Virus record (IMG/VR): IMGVR_UViG_3300020045_013318
Location: 13,136-77,135 of that record
Reading direction: 5' to 3' (one strand)
Source of the DNA: a virus
DNA length: 64,000 bases
The notes below the pieces were generated by a model. The model searched no databases. It was not told the DNA's origin and saw only the letters and a list, made by a program, of their open reading frames with translations. Shown piece by piece: positions 16,804 to 27,083 of the stretch. How positions within the stretch are numbered: the first letter of the stretch is position 1; every line of letters begins with the position of its first letter. Made by a program: the position numbers and the translations under genes.

Positions 16804-18012
16804 TTAAGCTGATGCTATACATCGCCACTTACTTGTAACTGTGTTCCAAATAAATCCAACATCTAGACGACTTGTAGAAACGGTAGTCGTTGGAAGTGCC
16901 ACTGTGGATGCTTCAAATGAAGCACCCCATGTGATTGCCCGAGCGGCTGTTCCTGTGATTGCAATCCAGAGGGTTTGAGCTTCGGTTGGCGTACCTGAAA
17001 GATTTGTTGTAAAGGAAGTAATCGCCTCTGTTTGGGCTGTAATCGAATAGAAGTCAACGTTGTCAGTATTGATTGTTGGAGTTGCTGACGATGTCGTAGT
17101 GCCTGTTCGCTTGGTGATTCTTTTGTTTGTAAGTGTATTTGTGCTTGAAATTGTAGGTATAGTTACTCCCTCGACAGAAATAACTCCAGCAGAAACTCGT
17201 GCAATAGAAGTATCAGTAGCATGTCCTAATTCAATAGAGCCTACCCCTAGAGCGGTTGTTGTCGATGCTGTAATTCCTGCAACTGGAAGTCCCGTCGCAT
17301 TTGTAAGAGTTCCTGAACTTGGTGTACCAAGAGCGCCATCAAAAAGTACAGGAGCCCCAGCAGATCCAACACTGACACCAAGAGCTGTTTGAACGCCTGT
17401 TCCAAATGTAATTGTAGATTGTTTGGCATTAAGTTGTGTCTGAATTGCCGAAGTAACTCCTTTCACATATGTGAGTTCGGTGAGAGAAGGATAAGTAGCA
17501 ACTGCTGCTGAAACAATATTCTTTGAGCCATCAGTAATGAGTATTTCTGAAGCGGTTAAGTAGCTTCCTGTTATTGAGGTTGCAAAGGTGGGAGAAGTTG
17601 AGGGAGCTTTCGCATTTATTTGTGTCTGAATTGCTGAGGTGACACCTTTAACGTAAGTCAGCTCCGTCAGTGATGGATAGGTTGCAACGGCTGCTGACGC
17701 AAGATTCTTCGATGCGTCCGTTATCACAATCTCTGAGGCAGTCAATCCTGAAACTTGGACTGCAGATGGAGTAATTGCTCCAAGAGTCAGGGTGATTGCG
17801 GGAGTGGTGGTTGATGTTGCAACAGATCCTGAAACTCCATTAGCTGTCACAACAGAAACGTCTGTTACAGTTCCTGATCCTCCTCCAGAAACATCAGTAA
17901 GGAGTCTCCCCGTGACAGGATTGACTTGAAATGGTGTTGGAGTTGTCGAATCGACACTCGACACTCCAAGTGCGGTTGGGACATGATTCTGATCTCGTGA
18001 TGCGTCTGCCAT
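16804..18012 (-). CDS. tail fibre-like protein with internal duplication
   Basis: Thr/Ser-rich; ~46-aa block LTASEI..YPSLTELTYVKGVTSAIQTQ.NAK occurs twice. Confidence 0.7.
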   Translation of the reverse strand: MADASRDQNHVPTALGVSSVDSTTPTPFQVNPVTGRLLTDVSGGGSGTVTDVSVVTANGVSGSVATSTTTPAITLTLGAITPSAVQVSGLTASEIVITDASKNLASAAVATYPSLTELTYVKGVTSAIQTQINAKAPSTSPTFATSITGSYLTASEILITDGSKNIVSAAVATYPSLTELTYVKGVTSAIQTQLNAKQSTITFGTGVQTALGVSVGSAGAPVLFDGALGTPSSGTLTNATGLPVAGITASTTTALGVGSIELGHATDTSIARVSAGVISVEGVTIPTISSTNTLTNKRITKRTGTTTSSATPTINTDNVDFYSITAQTEAITSFTTNLSGTPTEAQTLWIAITGTAARAITWGASFEASTVALPTTTVSTSRLDVGFIWNTVTSKWRCIASA

Positions 18013-18022
18013 ATTGATAATT

Positions 18023-18283
18023 TTATTGATCTATTAAGACTGCTCCATCAGCGTTGACGTATATTGGAGTTGGTGTCACTCCATCGACCGAACTGACTCC
18101 CATCCATGTTGGGACGTGATTTTCATCTCTCTTCGCATCGGTTGCGGCTACTGAAATTGTACTAGCTGCATCAACTTTCATATTTCCACCTGCGTCAATC
18201 GCAATTGGTACAGGAGTCACCCCATCAGTACACAAAATTCCCATCTTTACCGGTACAAAGTTGTTGTCTCGAGGTGTTTCCAT
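18023..18283 (-). CDS. small virion protein made of two RDxNxVP repeats
   Basis: RDNNFVP and RDENHVP halves. Confidence 0.7.
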   Translation of the reverse strand: METPRDNNFVPVKMGILCTDGVTPVPIAIDAGGNMKVDAASTISVAATDAKRDENHVPTWMGVSSVDGVTPTPIYVNADGAVLIDQ

Positions 18284-18288
18284 ATGAT

Positions 18289-18735
18289 TTATGCAGCGAC
18301 TACGTTACCATCTTCTGAAATTGGTACCCAAATACAATAATACTTGAGGGTTCCTCCTGTGACAGTCGTTGTTCCAATTGTTTGAATAATATTTGCCTGA
18401 CACAGTGATGGATTGGGAAGCAATTCAATTGTTGCGGCAGCTGTATCAATCCAGAATTCTCCAGAATCAATTCCCGTTGCCGTTGTTTGAGCGAGAAGAA
18501 CAGCAGTATTTCCAGAAATTCCTACCTCAAGTGTTGCAGCTCCTCCAGACGTCAGATCTCCTGAACAAACACCAAAAATTCGAACGGCAACCACTCCAGT
18601 TACAGTAAATAATGTTGTTGCTCCTGTTGCTCCTGTTGTTCCAGCGGCATAGGTAATTTCTTTTGTTTCAACCAAGCCAAGGCTCGTGATGGGGACATGA
18701 TTGGCGTCTCTTGTAAATACTGATGAGGTGCTCAT
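18289..18735 (-). CDS. virion structural protein with N-terminal RDANHVP motif
   Basis: beta-rich Thr/Gly-rich ORF in structural operon. Confidence 0.7.
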   Translation of the reverse strand: MSTSSVFTRDANHVPITSLGLVETKEITYAAGTTGATGATTLFTVTGVVAVRIFGVCSGDLTSGGAATLEVGISGNTAVLLAQTTATGIDSGEFWIDTAAATIELLPNPSLCQANIIQTIGTTTVTGGTLKYYCIWVPISEDGNVVAA

Positions 18736-18737
18736 AT

Positions 18738-19316
18738 TTATATTCTTCCTTCTTTAAGTCTGGTAATGCCTCGCTTGAGTTCTTCGAGGAGGTCTTTCGC
18801 CTTTGTTTCTTGTTTGACAAGCTGTTTTTCACGACTGATTAGTCCAACTCTCTCGTTTTCAAGGTGAATTTCCTTAGTTTTGAGGTCTCTTTTTATCGCA
18901 GAAATGCAATCTTGTTCAATTTTCAACGTTTTTCTGAATTCTTTCTCTCGTTCTGTAAAAAGTGATTGTGCTTCCTCAAGATCGTCGACAAGTTTGTAAA
19001 CAGATTCAGAAAAGTTTTGAATCTGAGAACAAAACTCTCGTATTTTATCATAATTAGAGTGAGTTTCATTGAGAATTCCCTGACTATCTTCAAGAAGAGT
19101 GGCTAGTTCTTTACTCAATTCTTCTGCTCGTTCAGCAAAGTAAGAATCTTTCTGTTGTTCTATCTTAAGAAGTCCTTCCTTTGCTTTGTTGATTTCCATA
19201 TTGACATCAGCAAGAGCTTTGAGTGATTCCATTTTCTGTTTGTCAATTTCGTGTATTTCCATATCTATAATTGGTGGGAGGGCTTGCACCTCCATCAAAT
19301 TGTCTTTGCACACCAA
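18738..19316 (-). CDS. coiled-coil protein
   Basis: Glu/Lys heptad-rich; true start may be near 19262. Confidence 0.7.
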   Translation of the reverse strand: MVCKDNLMEVQALPPIIDMEIHEIDKQKMESLKALADVNMEINKAKEGLLKIEQQKDSYFAERAEELSKELATLLEDSQGILNETHSNYDKIREFCSQIQNFSESVYKLVDDLEEAQSLFTEREKEFRKTLKIEQDCISAIKRDLKTKEIHLENERVGLISREKQLVKQETKAKDLLEELKRGITRLKEGRI

Positions 19317-19322
19317 CTTTCG

Positions 19323-19943
19323 TTAGTCTGTAAGCAATTTTTTCAAAGTTTCACGATTTGATCGAGGATCAAACTTGATTCCTTTTGCAGTTAGTTCAGC
19401 TACAATTTCTGCCTTATCTTGATACTTCTTTGATGAAGTTTCAGAATTTTGAGTTCCTGCTCCGGCAGTTGGTGCTGCTGAATTTGGGACATCAGTTTTT
19501 GATTGACCTTCGCCTTCCTCTTGCTTTGGTATCAATTTCTCTACCATCGCTTTATACTCTTCGACTTTTGCCATCAAACGATCAGTCTCACTTTGAGGTG
19601 CTGCTTTTTCCTCAGTGTACAGATCAGTAATATATGACGACTTTAATGCGGTTAATTTTTCCTCATCCCATAGTGGTACTCCCGTTGGGATCCCCGCTGG
19701 ATCTTTCTCAGGTGCTCGTCTCGTCATCGTTGCTTTTGCAAGATTTTGAGCAAGTAAGTTGCCGACGTGATAAGGAAGCATGACGCTTTCACCAGGCTGA
19801 ATACCTAATGCTCCTGAAGTACCAAAGATGGGGCGTCCATCATACATAGAGCCCAGATCAGGAGTGAATGCAAAGGTCTCCTTATTTGTGAAGGTGACGA
19901 CTTTGTAGTCATTTGGATTATTTTGAATTGGATTATTCATCAT
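19323..19943 (-). CDS. hypothetical protein with C-terminal HeH/LEM-like motif
   Basis: KAEIVAELTAKGIKFDPRSNRETLKKLL. Confidence 0.65.
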   Translation of the reverse strand: MMNNPIQNNPNDYKVVTFTNKETFAFTPDLGSMYDGRPIFGTSGALGIQPGESVMLPYHVGNLLAQNLAKATMTRRAPEKDPAGIPTGVPLWDEEKLTALKSSYITDLYTEEKAAPQSETDRLMAKVEEYKAMVEKLIPKQEEGEGQSKTDVPNSAAPTAGAGTQNSETSSKKYQDKAEIVAELTAKGIKFDPRSNRETLKKLLTD

Positions 19944-20000
19944 AAAGCCTTAATTTATAACAGAAGCTTTGTCATTCTTCTGACGGTAATGTACCGCATA

Positions 20001-20024
20001 TTGCCTCCCAAAATTGAGAGGCAA
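20001..20024. terminator. hairpin downstream of head genes
   Basis: TTGCCTC/GAGGCAA inverted repeat right after the 20030 stop. Confidence 0.45.
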
Positions 20025-20029
20025 AAGCG

Positions 20030-20725
20030 TTACGCTACGTTGTAACGAACGAGAGTGTTTTGGTCAGCAGCTGCGTTTGCAACAATGGCATAACCGAGAG
20101 TCTGCTCATCAAATTCACCCTTTGCAGTAGTGCCTTTGAGAACTTGTCCTGTTGTGTCATCACCTGAAACGAAACTCTTTCCTACAACAAGTACTTCACC
20201 AGCGAGTACACGACCATCTCCTCGTTGGAGAAGCCATCCATAATCACCTGAAGTAAATGCTACCTGAGCACCACCCTGAGTCATCTGAACTTTGTCGGTT
20301 ACGGCAGCCTTAACTACACTTCCCATATTAATGTAAGTGAGGTCGGAGTCGGCGACTGCAAGTGCAGTCGTCAAAGCTGTTTCTGGGTAAAGAGTAAAGG
20401 TTGTTGCTGAGTTTGTTCGAATCTTGAACGTCTGTCCTGCTCCTGTACCATCATCAACTACTCCAATTGCATCCTCGTACAAACCTACGGTGAGAGAGTT
20501 TGCAGCTCGTGTTGCATAAACGATTCGGCTTTGAGAGTCGGTTGAAGATGAATAAAGGTCTGAACTTGCAACTGCTGCAGGAACAGCAATGCTGCCGTTT
20601 GCAAGAGTGGTTGCGGTTACAAAGCGCCATTCACGACCATCTGGTGTACTAGCTCGTTGTCCAAGCTTGAATTCACCTCGTTGTGTAATGGTCTGGTATA
20701 CGTTCTGGAATGAAATTTGGTTCAT
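20030..20725 (-). CDS. capsid decoration/cement protein-like
   Basis: LGQRASTPDGREWRFV and YGWLL motifs; downstream of capsid gene. Confidence 0.6.
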   Translation of the reverse strand: MNQISFQNVYQTITQRGEFKLGQRASTPDGREWRFVTATTLANGSIAVPAAVASSDLYSSSTDSQSRIVYATRAANSLTVGLYEDAIGVVDDGTGAGQTFKIRTNSATTFTLYPETALTTALAVADSDLTYINMGSVVKAAVTDKVQMTQGGAQVAFTSGDYGWLLQRGDGRVLAGEVLVVGKSFVSGDDTTGQVLKGTTAKGEFDEQTLGYAIVANAAADQNTLVRYNVA

Positions 20726-20816
20726 AATTTTTTCAGCCTAGGGTTCTTAGCCTTTGGCAATTTGAATTAGCAATTCTTATTAATGCCCTTTTGGAAAGGT
20801 AGGCTAACCAACTAGA

Positions 20817-21347
20817 TTAAGTAGCTGTACAAGTGATTCCACCTGAAGTACCCGCTTGTCCAGAAATGTACCAGTTGGTCCCATCTGAACGAAGCTCTAC
20901 CCAGTCTCCTGGAAGCTCTGCTGTATTTACAAACGTAACAGTGTCTTCTGCTGAACAGAGGACGACTGCACCTGCAACTTCGAGCGAGCCGTAGATTTTA
21001 TCTTCACCTCCTGAGGTCAAGATGGTCATACTTGTTGTTGCAAAGTTTGCCGAAACAACAAACTTATAAACAACGCCTGCTGCAGTCGCAACTGCGGGAA
21101 GAGTAATATCTACTCCTGCAGTACCGAAGTAGATGGTCTTTCCCGATTCTGAAATCGTTAAGGTGTCATCTGCAGTAGCAGTTTCAATAAGCTCTTTTGC
21201 TCCCATCTGTCCTGTAACGGTAAGGGTTCCTGGTACGGCTGTGTTCCCTGAAGTGTCAATAGTGACACCACTAAGGTCGCACGCCTTATCAGTATTAAGT
21301 CCTTCGTACTTTACAACGGGGATATGATCTTCTAAAAGTTGTGCCAT
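20817..21347 (-). CDS. capsid-associated fibre/decoration protein
   Basis: LTISESGK..ITLPAVA..GDWVELRSDGTNWYI. Confidence 0.6.
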   Translation of the reverse strand: MAQLLEDHIPVVKYEGLNTDKACDLSGVTIDTSGNTAVPGTLTVTGQMGAKELIETATADDTLTISESGKTIYFGTAGVDITLPAVATAAGVVYKFVVSANFATTSMTILTSGGEDKIYGSLEVAGAVVLCSAEDTVTFVNTAELPGDWVELRSDGTNWYISGQAGTSGGITCTAT

Positions 21348-21417
21348 AATCTTTTTGTGCCCTCTCCCGTAGCCTCAAGACAATCCTGAGGCCCGAGGTC
21401 AAAGGCGTTATGTTTTA

Positions 21418-22476
21418 TTAAGTTGCTCCTGCGAGTGTTCCATTAAGTCGGCAGTTTGTTGCTACGAAGTTTCCTGCGTAGATGAGGTAGCCAACCTTTG
21501 TGAGTTGATCGACTGGGCTCATCATCTTGCGGAATTGGAATCCACGAGTTGACTTTACGTTTCCAGGAACTCCACTAGGTGTTGCATCAGAAGTCTGCTT
21601 AAAGTTTGCAGTCATGATGTTTTCATCTTCGTAGTTGAATCCTACGAATCCGAATGCCTTAGTGTTAACGAGGAAGTACTTTCCAGATGGAACCTGCTCA
21701 TCTTTCGCAATTGGAGTACCACGGAAGGTAAGGTAAACGAAACCTTGCTGTCCACCAAGTCCTGGTGTAGCAGGAACGCCTCCCCATGCATTCATACGTG
21801 GGTATCCAGCTGTTGAGAAGTTTGCTCGTACGGTTGGAGTCAAAAGAGCCTCATAAGAAGACCAAAGTGACTTTGTAGTAAGGGCAAGATCTGGTGAATC
21901 TACTCCGATTGTTACTGTGTCATCAGCTGTTGCAAGCTTTGCAAGAGTGAGGGCACCAGTAGAAGCGAGGTAGTAGCCACTCCATGCTGAGTAGGTTGAA
22001 CGTGAGAGTGAACCGTAAGTCGCAAAGAGAGTTGAGTCAGATGCACCGTTTGCAAGTGAGTCCCAGTCATTTCCTGTACCGTTTCCAGTATAGAGGTTCT
22101 GAGCCATGAGAGTCATAAGAGACTGACCTTGTGAGTCAAACTCGGTGTTGAGGAGATCAACAATCTTCTCATCTCCCATATTTGCTGTCGTTTCTGCAAT
22201 TGCTACAACAACAGGCTTGTTTGCTGCCTTGAGGTTGAATGATGCCTTAACACGTACGTTCTGGCGATCTGTATCAAGACGATCAGCAATACCCATGTTT
22301 CCTCCATTCGTTGTATCTGCATACTTGATTGGAAAATCGTAGGTTACTCCTGATGTCCATTCCTTTGGTTTCGAAAGGAAGGTCATAAGACCTGGAGTTC
22401 CAGTCGTTACCTGATCGAACACTTTCTTGATAATGTATTCACGAGTTGTGGTCGTGACTGCTGCGTTAAAAATCAT
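21418..22476 (-). CDS. major capsid protein
   Basis: 352 aa after scaffold; LYTGNGTG, PDLALTT, LTFRGTPIAKD typical of HK97-fold capsids. Confidence 0.8.
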   Translation of the reverse strand: MIFNAAVTTTTREYIIKKVFDQVTTGTPGLMTFLSKPKEWTSGVTYDFPIKYADTTNGGNMGIADRLDTDRQNVRVKASFNLKAANKPVVVAIAETTANMGDEKIVDLLNTEFDSQGQSLMTLMAQNLYTGNGTGNDWDSLANGASDSTLFATYGSLSRSTYSAWSGYYLASTGALTLAKLATADDTVTIGVDSPDLALTTKSLWSSYEALLTPTVRANFSTAGYPRMNAWGGVPATPGLGGQQGFVYLTFRGTPIAKDEQVPSGKYFLVNTKAFGFVGFNYEDENIMTANFKQTSDATPSGVPGNVKSTRGFQFRKMMSPVDQLTKVGYLIYAGNFVATNCRLNGTLAGAT

Positions 22477-22505
22477 AATAATTAGGATTAATTTTTGTTA
22501 CTAAG

Positions 22506-23219
22506 TTAAGTTTTGAGACTCCTTAGAAAGTCGCGAGCGGTAGAGAATGCAGATGGATCTGATGTTGTGCCGATTGCTCCTGGAGATATTGAGACAGGAT
22601 CTTGTCGCTTTTGTATATTCTCTGTCGTCTGCTTCTGGACAGTTTTTACAATTGCCGACATGTCTTTCATATTCTGGTATGCAACGGTCAAATCTCGAAA
22701 TCCATACTTGTTCGCATGAAGGAATAACTGATTTTCATTAACGTTAGGATCAATCTTTTTTACTTCAGACAGTTGGGTTGCAACTGCTGTTTCGATTGCT
22801 TGATCTTGCTTAATTCTTTCTGTCTCCCTCTGTGCAAGTTCATTCAGTGCTGCCTCCTTTGCTGCTTGAATGATTTCCTCATATGATTGAGGAATATAAT
22901 CAGGATCAGCGTAGGGACTCTTTGGAGGTTGAGGATCTGTTTGTGGAGTCGTAGTTTTTAGCTGAGCTAATTCCTGCGACTTCCGGGTGAACTCTGGCAG
23001 GAAATTATCTTTGAATTCCGTTGCAAGAGTTGCTGCGTCTACCTTTCGACCATCTGGAAGTTCATAGAGTTCTGGCTCTGATGGCTCTGATGGTTCAGCT
23101 GGCGTAGCTGGCTCCGTTGGTTCAGTGGGAGCTTCTGGTTCGACTGGCTGACTTGGTGCTTCTGCAGGAACATTTCCTGACTCTTCACTGGCAACCACTT
23201 CGATTGATTCTGGGTCCAT
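22506..23219 (-). CDS. scaffolding protein
   Basis: acidic Pro/Glu N-terminus, EFTRKSQELAQ, between portal and capsid. Confidence 0.7.
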   Translation of the reverse strand: MDPESIEVVASEESGNVPAEAPSQPVEPEAPTEPTEPATPAEPSEPSEPELYELPDGRKVDAATLATEFKDNFLPEFTRKSQELAQLKTTTPQTDPQPPKSPYADPDYIPQSYEEIIQAAKEAALNELAQRETERIKQDQAIETAVATQLSEVKKIDPNVNENQLFLHANKYGFRDLTVAYQNMKDMSAIVKTVQKQTTENIQKRQDPVSISPGAIGTTSDPSAFSTARDFLRSLKT

Positions 23220-23330
23220 ATAATTTTACGACTGCCCCTTTCTCAACTTGGTCTTTCGACTGAAGAGAAATTGCTTGGTCAAATTATTGATTAATGAACG
23301 TGTAGGATGCGCTCGCCCCATATTGTTTTG

Positions 23331-25193
23331 TTAAATAACCGGTGGTTCTCCTTCAGGAGGAGCTGATGCCATCACTTGTTCTGGAGTCAAAGTTCCAGGC
23401 GTAAATGGAATAGGCATCTCCTCTTGTCCAATTCCTACTGCCTCCATCGGATTCTGTTGATAGAGAACAGCATTCTTTGCCAACTCTTTTGAGTTGTCAT
23501 ACTGAGCAATCTCAAGGTAGTCGACTGGACTGATGTATCCTTTTTCTACATCATTCTGAGCTTGTTCAAACTTGAATTCATCATCTTTTGGAAGAGTCTT
23601 GCCTGAAATAATGGTGATCTCAGATCCTGTTTCAAAGTCGTCTTGAATAAGTTCAATTACTTCGCGAGCCCCCTCCTTGCCCATCCATTTTGCATAGTGG
23701 TATTCGGTGTATCGAGTCTTTGCAAGTTGCATGCCCCAAGAAAACATTTCATGATACGCAAAGTCGACAACTTGGACCAACTCGTTGAGGCGAAGGTATG
23801 ATTGTTGAATCAAAGCAAGTCGTCCAGCCTTAGTCTCTTGGCCTTGTCTCTCTCCTCGGAAAGCTGACGTTGCTGCCATGATGTTGTCAATTTCAGATCG
23901 TGAATCAATCATGTCGTCAAACACCATTTGAGGAAGAGTTCCTCCTGTCTCTCGCTGAACACCATTGACTACTCCCTTCCCCCAGATGATTCCTTTGGTT
24001 TCCCATCGGATTCTTTGCGCATCTGACTTCGACATTACGTCGGAATCAACTTTGACAATTCCGTTTGCGAGTTCACAATTCTCATCAATATCCATCTTTC
24101 GTTTGTCGATTCCTCTTTGAAGCTCAGCTGATAGAGTAATCATGTCAGTTCTTCCAATTGGAGAATTTTCATTATTGAAAATTGTCGCAAAGATGTACGG
24201 CTTTCTTGGAAAGTCGAAGTAGTTGAAGTAGAATGGCTTGTATTGAATCTTTTCTTCCTGATATTCTTGTTCAGGAGTTTCTTCCTCCATTCCAATCATA
24301 GACTTCATTGCGTCAATTCCTTTTTCCATCATTCCTTTTTCAGGAGGAGGAAGTTGAGATTGTTTCCTCTCTTCTTGCTGAGTCTTGATGTCTTGAATCT
24401 TATTTCGTCTTCCTTCTCCCTCAAGGGTGGCAAGCTCTTGTTCTTCTTCTTCGGTAATTAAAATACCATCCCAATCCCAATATGGATTCTTGATACATCC
24501 AAGAATCAGTTCATCCATTTTGAAAATTACATAGTCTTGGATCCACGCCTCTTTGTATTTGCAGTCAGGGTTCTTGATATAGAGGTCAGCCTCTTTATGA
24601 ATTCCAAACTTCTTCATCAACTCTTCTTTCTTATCAGGGAATCTTTCACAAATCGCACAAAGATTGTCATTTATTTCCTCAATGACGAATTCAGAATCAA
24701 CTTCCTTTCGAGCATACTTCCCAACTCGAATCTTTCGTGGATCGACTGCTCGGAAGTCAAAGTCGTTGATTTGAGGATTCCAAAAAGGCTTAATGACAAG
24801 GAGTCGAGCAAAGTAAAGATTGCGAAGTCCCATACGCATAACCTCTTTTGAGTTGAGATCAAGATATTTCTTTTGAAAGAATCTCTCGAGTTTACGAGCA
24901 AAATCTTGAGCGACTTCTCCATCACGAGCAGGAAGGACGTTGACGCCAGGAGGATTTGCAATTAAAGAGTTGATCACCGCCTCCATATTGACAAAGATTC
25001 TATTTGCTTGAACAATCCACTTTCGTCGAACATGATTAATGTTTTCAAGCCACGCTGACGTATTTGAATAGATTGCAACATTCTCTTTGTATACTCGTTC
25101 AAGAATATCCCAAACCTCTGACGAGGAACTCCACCGGTTGTTGACCAGATCTTTCTTTTGTGAGTCGTCAAATGCTTTGATGTCTATTTTCAT
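23331..25193 (-). CDS. portal protein
   Basis: 620 aa after terminase; NRIF..MEAVI..LIANPPGVNV.P, RGE...ETKAG motifs. Confidence 0.8.
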   Translation of the reverse strand: MKIDIKAFDDSQKKDLVNNRWSSSSEVWDILERVYKENVAIYSNTSAWLENINHVRRKWIVQANRIFVNMEAVINSLIANPPGVNVLPARDGEVAQDFARKLERFFQKKYLDLNSKEVMRMGLRNLYFARLLVIKPFWNPQINDFDFRAVDPRKIRVGKYARKEVDSEFVIEEINDNLCAICERFPDKKEELMKKFGIHKEADLYIKNPDCKYKEAWIQDYVIFKMDELILGCIKNPYWDWDGILITEEEEQELATLEGEGRRNKIQDIKTQQEERKQSQLPPPEKGMMEKGIDAMKSMIGMEEETPEQEYQEEKIQYKPFYFNYFDFPRKPYIFATIFNNENSPIGRTDMITLSAELQRGIDKRKMDIDENCELANGIVKVDSDVMSKSDAQRIRWETKGIIWGKGVVNGVQRETGGTLPQMVFDDMIDSRSEIDNIMAATSAFRGERQGQETKAGRLALIQQSYLRLNELVQVVDFAYHEMFSWGMQLAKTRYTEYHYAKWMGKEGAREVIELIQDDFETGSEITIISGKTLPKDDEFKFEQAQNDVEKGYISPVDYLEIAQYDNSKELAKNAVLYQQNPMEAVGIGQEEMPIPFTPGTLTPEQVMASAPPEGEPPVI

Positions 25194-25269
25194 AACACAA
25201 AACGGGCAGAAACTCTTGTGAGTCTCCGCCCGTTGTTTGGGTTTGGATTGCTATTTGGCTGTTACAGTA

Positions 25270-25318
25270 AGTGTACCTTAAAAAGACAACTATCACTACT
25301 GATTATTCGGTGGATAAC
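25270..25318 (-). promoter_or_regulatory. promoter upstream of portal (GTTATCCACC-N33-TACACT)
   Basis: motif read directly; followed by leader hairpin 25201-25234. Confidence 0.55.
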
Positions 25319-25518
25319 TGATGTCGTCTTGAATATAGAACGTCAGCTCGATTGATTGTTTGAAGTGTTCCATTTGAATCAAAATGAAGAATTGCGGAGC
25401 CATTTCGAATGGAAAACACATCTGATTCGATCATGATGGAAAAGGGCTCAAAATACTCCTGAAATAGGAGGAATTTCTGCGCTTCACTATCTGGTATATA
25501 TACTGCGATTTTCTCCAT
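25303..25518 (-). CDS. hypothetical protein
   Basis: 71 aa between terL and portal. Confidence 0.65.
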   Translation of the reverse strand: MEKIAVYIPDSEAQKFLLFQEYFEPFSIMIESDVFSIRNGSAILHFDSNGTLQTINRADVLYSRRHQLSTE

Positions 25519-25520
25519 GA

Positions 25521-27083
25521 TTATTGATTATTATCGCTGAATGCCCTGCTTACATCATAAACATTGTCTGCTCCAAGAACTGACGGAATATCTGCCTTTG
25601 TAACCTCTCCAAAGAATGCTCCTGATCCTTGTGAAAGCATTGCTAGATATGCATATAAATCAGCAAAAACATAGTGATCTTCTCCAGTTGTTGAATCCCA
25701 AACGTATCTCTCAATCCCTTTATTGCTGACGACTTTTGTACGCCTCAGCGTCTCATAATGCTTGACATACAGCATGAATTCTTTATCTGCCTTGAGTCCA
25801 ATTGAGTGTTTACCCTCAATCATTCCTGTCAAGTGTTTGTCAAGGATTCTATCACGATGTGAGTAGACAATTCCTTTTCGATCTCCTTCTCCCCACCATA
25901 CGATTGTTTGAGGATTGTTGTTATTCTCTTGAAAGAACGACATTTTCATGAATGGGTACTTGTCAATCAGGTATTTCGACAAAGTGTTATCAGGCATTGC
26001 GTCAATTACTCCTGCGGTGGGCTTCCAAAATGCGATTATATCATCAATTTCAGAATCTTTAGTGATTCTTCCTATCTTAATTAATCCTAATTCACTGCGG
26101 ACAACGTAGTGTTTAATGTTTCCTACGTCAATTCCAAGGAAAATATTGCCTGTTGTATTCAAATCACGAGGAGTCCACAAGTCAAGAATGGTCGTTTTTG
26201 TGACCGAGAGGTCACCAGGACTGTAGCTTTTCCCAAGGACGAAGTTGTTGAAGTAGGCTGGATCTCCTTCCGAATCTTCAATGATTTCTTCTGGAGTGAT
26301 CCAAGGACACATTAAGTGTGAAATGTGATATCCACTTGTTTTAGATCCTGGATTCTGAGCGACCCACTTCCCTTGACGACGAACATCATCAGAGATTGGT
26401 TCTGTACATGCCCTACAAATATAGATCTTTCTCTCCATATCGATTGATTCTGGCCATTGGAGAAAGTGTTGATCTTTGCAATGAGGGCAGGTAATGGTCC
26501 ACTCCTTTTGATCTGATTTGTGGAATTGAATATCGAGCTCATCTCGTTCTGTTCCTGGGTTGCTGAACATCCAACGCCCTTTGTATTGCGATGCTTTTGT
26601 ACGAGATTTGTAGGTTTCAATTGCACTCTGATCTGAGCGAGAAATCTCATCGTGAATCAAGAGGTCGGCAGTTGTTGAAATGGCAGCAGTCTTTGAATTG
26701 GTACCCTTGAAGAAGATAAATCGATCATTAAGCTGCTTTCTTTCTATATTGTCGGTCTCCATTCCTTCAAACTCATGATAGTTTGCTTGGATGATTTTAT
26801 TCATTTTTGACGAGACAAACTCTCGAACATCATCATCTGACGACATTGTGTAAATTGCGTTGAATCTCAGGTATTTAATCGCAAACAGCGATTTAATTGA
26901 GAAGGTGACTGATTTCCCAACCTGAGCACAAGCTGTAAGAACTATCGTTGGATTCCAATCACATAGAATGTCAAGAAGAAAAGGACGATCAATAAAGCTG
27001 AAAGGTTCACCCTTTTCATCAACAATTCCTTCTTGGACGATCCATTGAAGGATTGAGTAGTATTGTTTAGTTTCCTTCTTCAT
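25521..27083 (-). CDS. terL: terminase large subunit (lambda GpA-like)
   Basis: CAQVGKS Walker A, LLIHDE Walker B, FSNP, CPHC/CRAC zinc finger, GIDVG nuclease, DHYVFA. Confidence 0.9.
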   Translation of the reverse strand: MKKETKQYYSILQWIVQEGIVDEKGEPFSFIDRPFLLDILCDWNPTIVLTACAQVGKSVTFSIKSLFAIKYLRFNAIYTMSSDDDVREFVSSKMNKIIQANYHEFEGMETDNIERKQLNDRFIFFKGTNSKTAAISTTADLLIHDEISRSDQSAIETYKSRTKASQYKGRWMFSNPGTERDELDIQFHKSDQKEWTITCPHCKDQHFLQWPESIDMERKIYICRACTEPISDDVRRQGKWVAQNPGSKTSGYHISHLMCPWITPEEIIEDSEGDPAYFNNFVLGKSYSPGDLSVTKTTILDLWTPRDLNTTGNIFLGIDVGNIKHYVVRSELGLIKIGRITKDSEIDDIIAFWKPTAGVIDAMPDNTLSKYLIDKYPFMKMSFFQENNNNPQTIVWWGEGDRKGIVYSHRDRILDKHLTGMIEGKHSIGLKADKEFMLYVKHYETLRRTKVVSNKGIERYVWDSTTGEDHYVFADLYAYLAMLSQGSGAFFGEVTKADIPSVLGADNVYDVSRAFSDNNQ

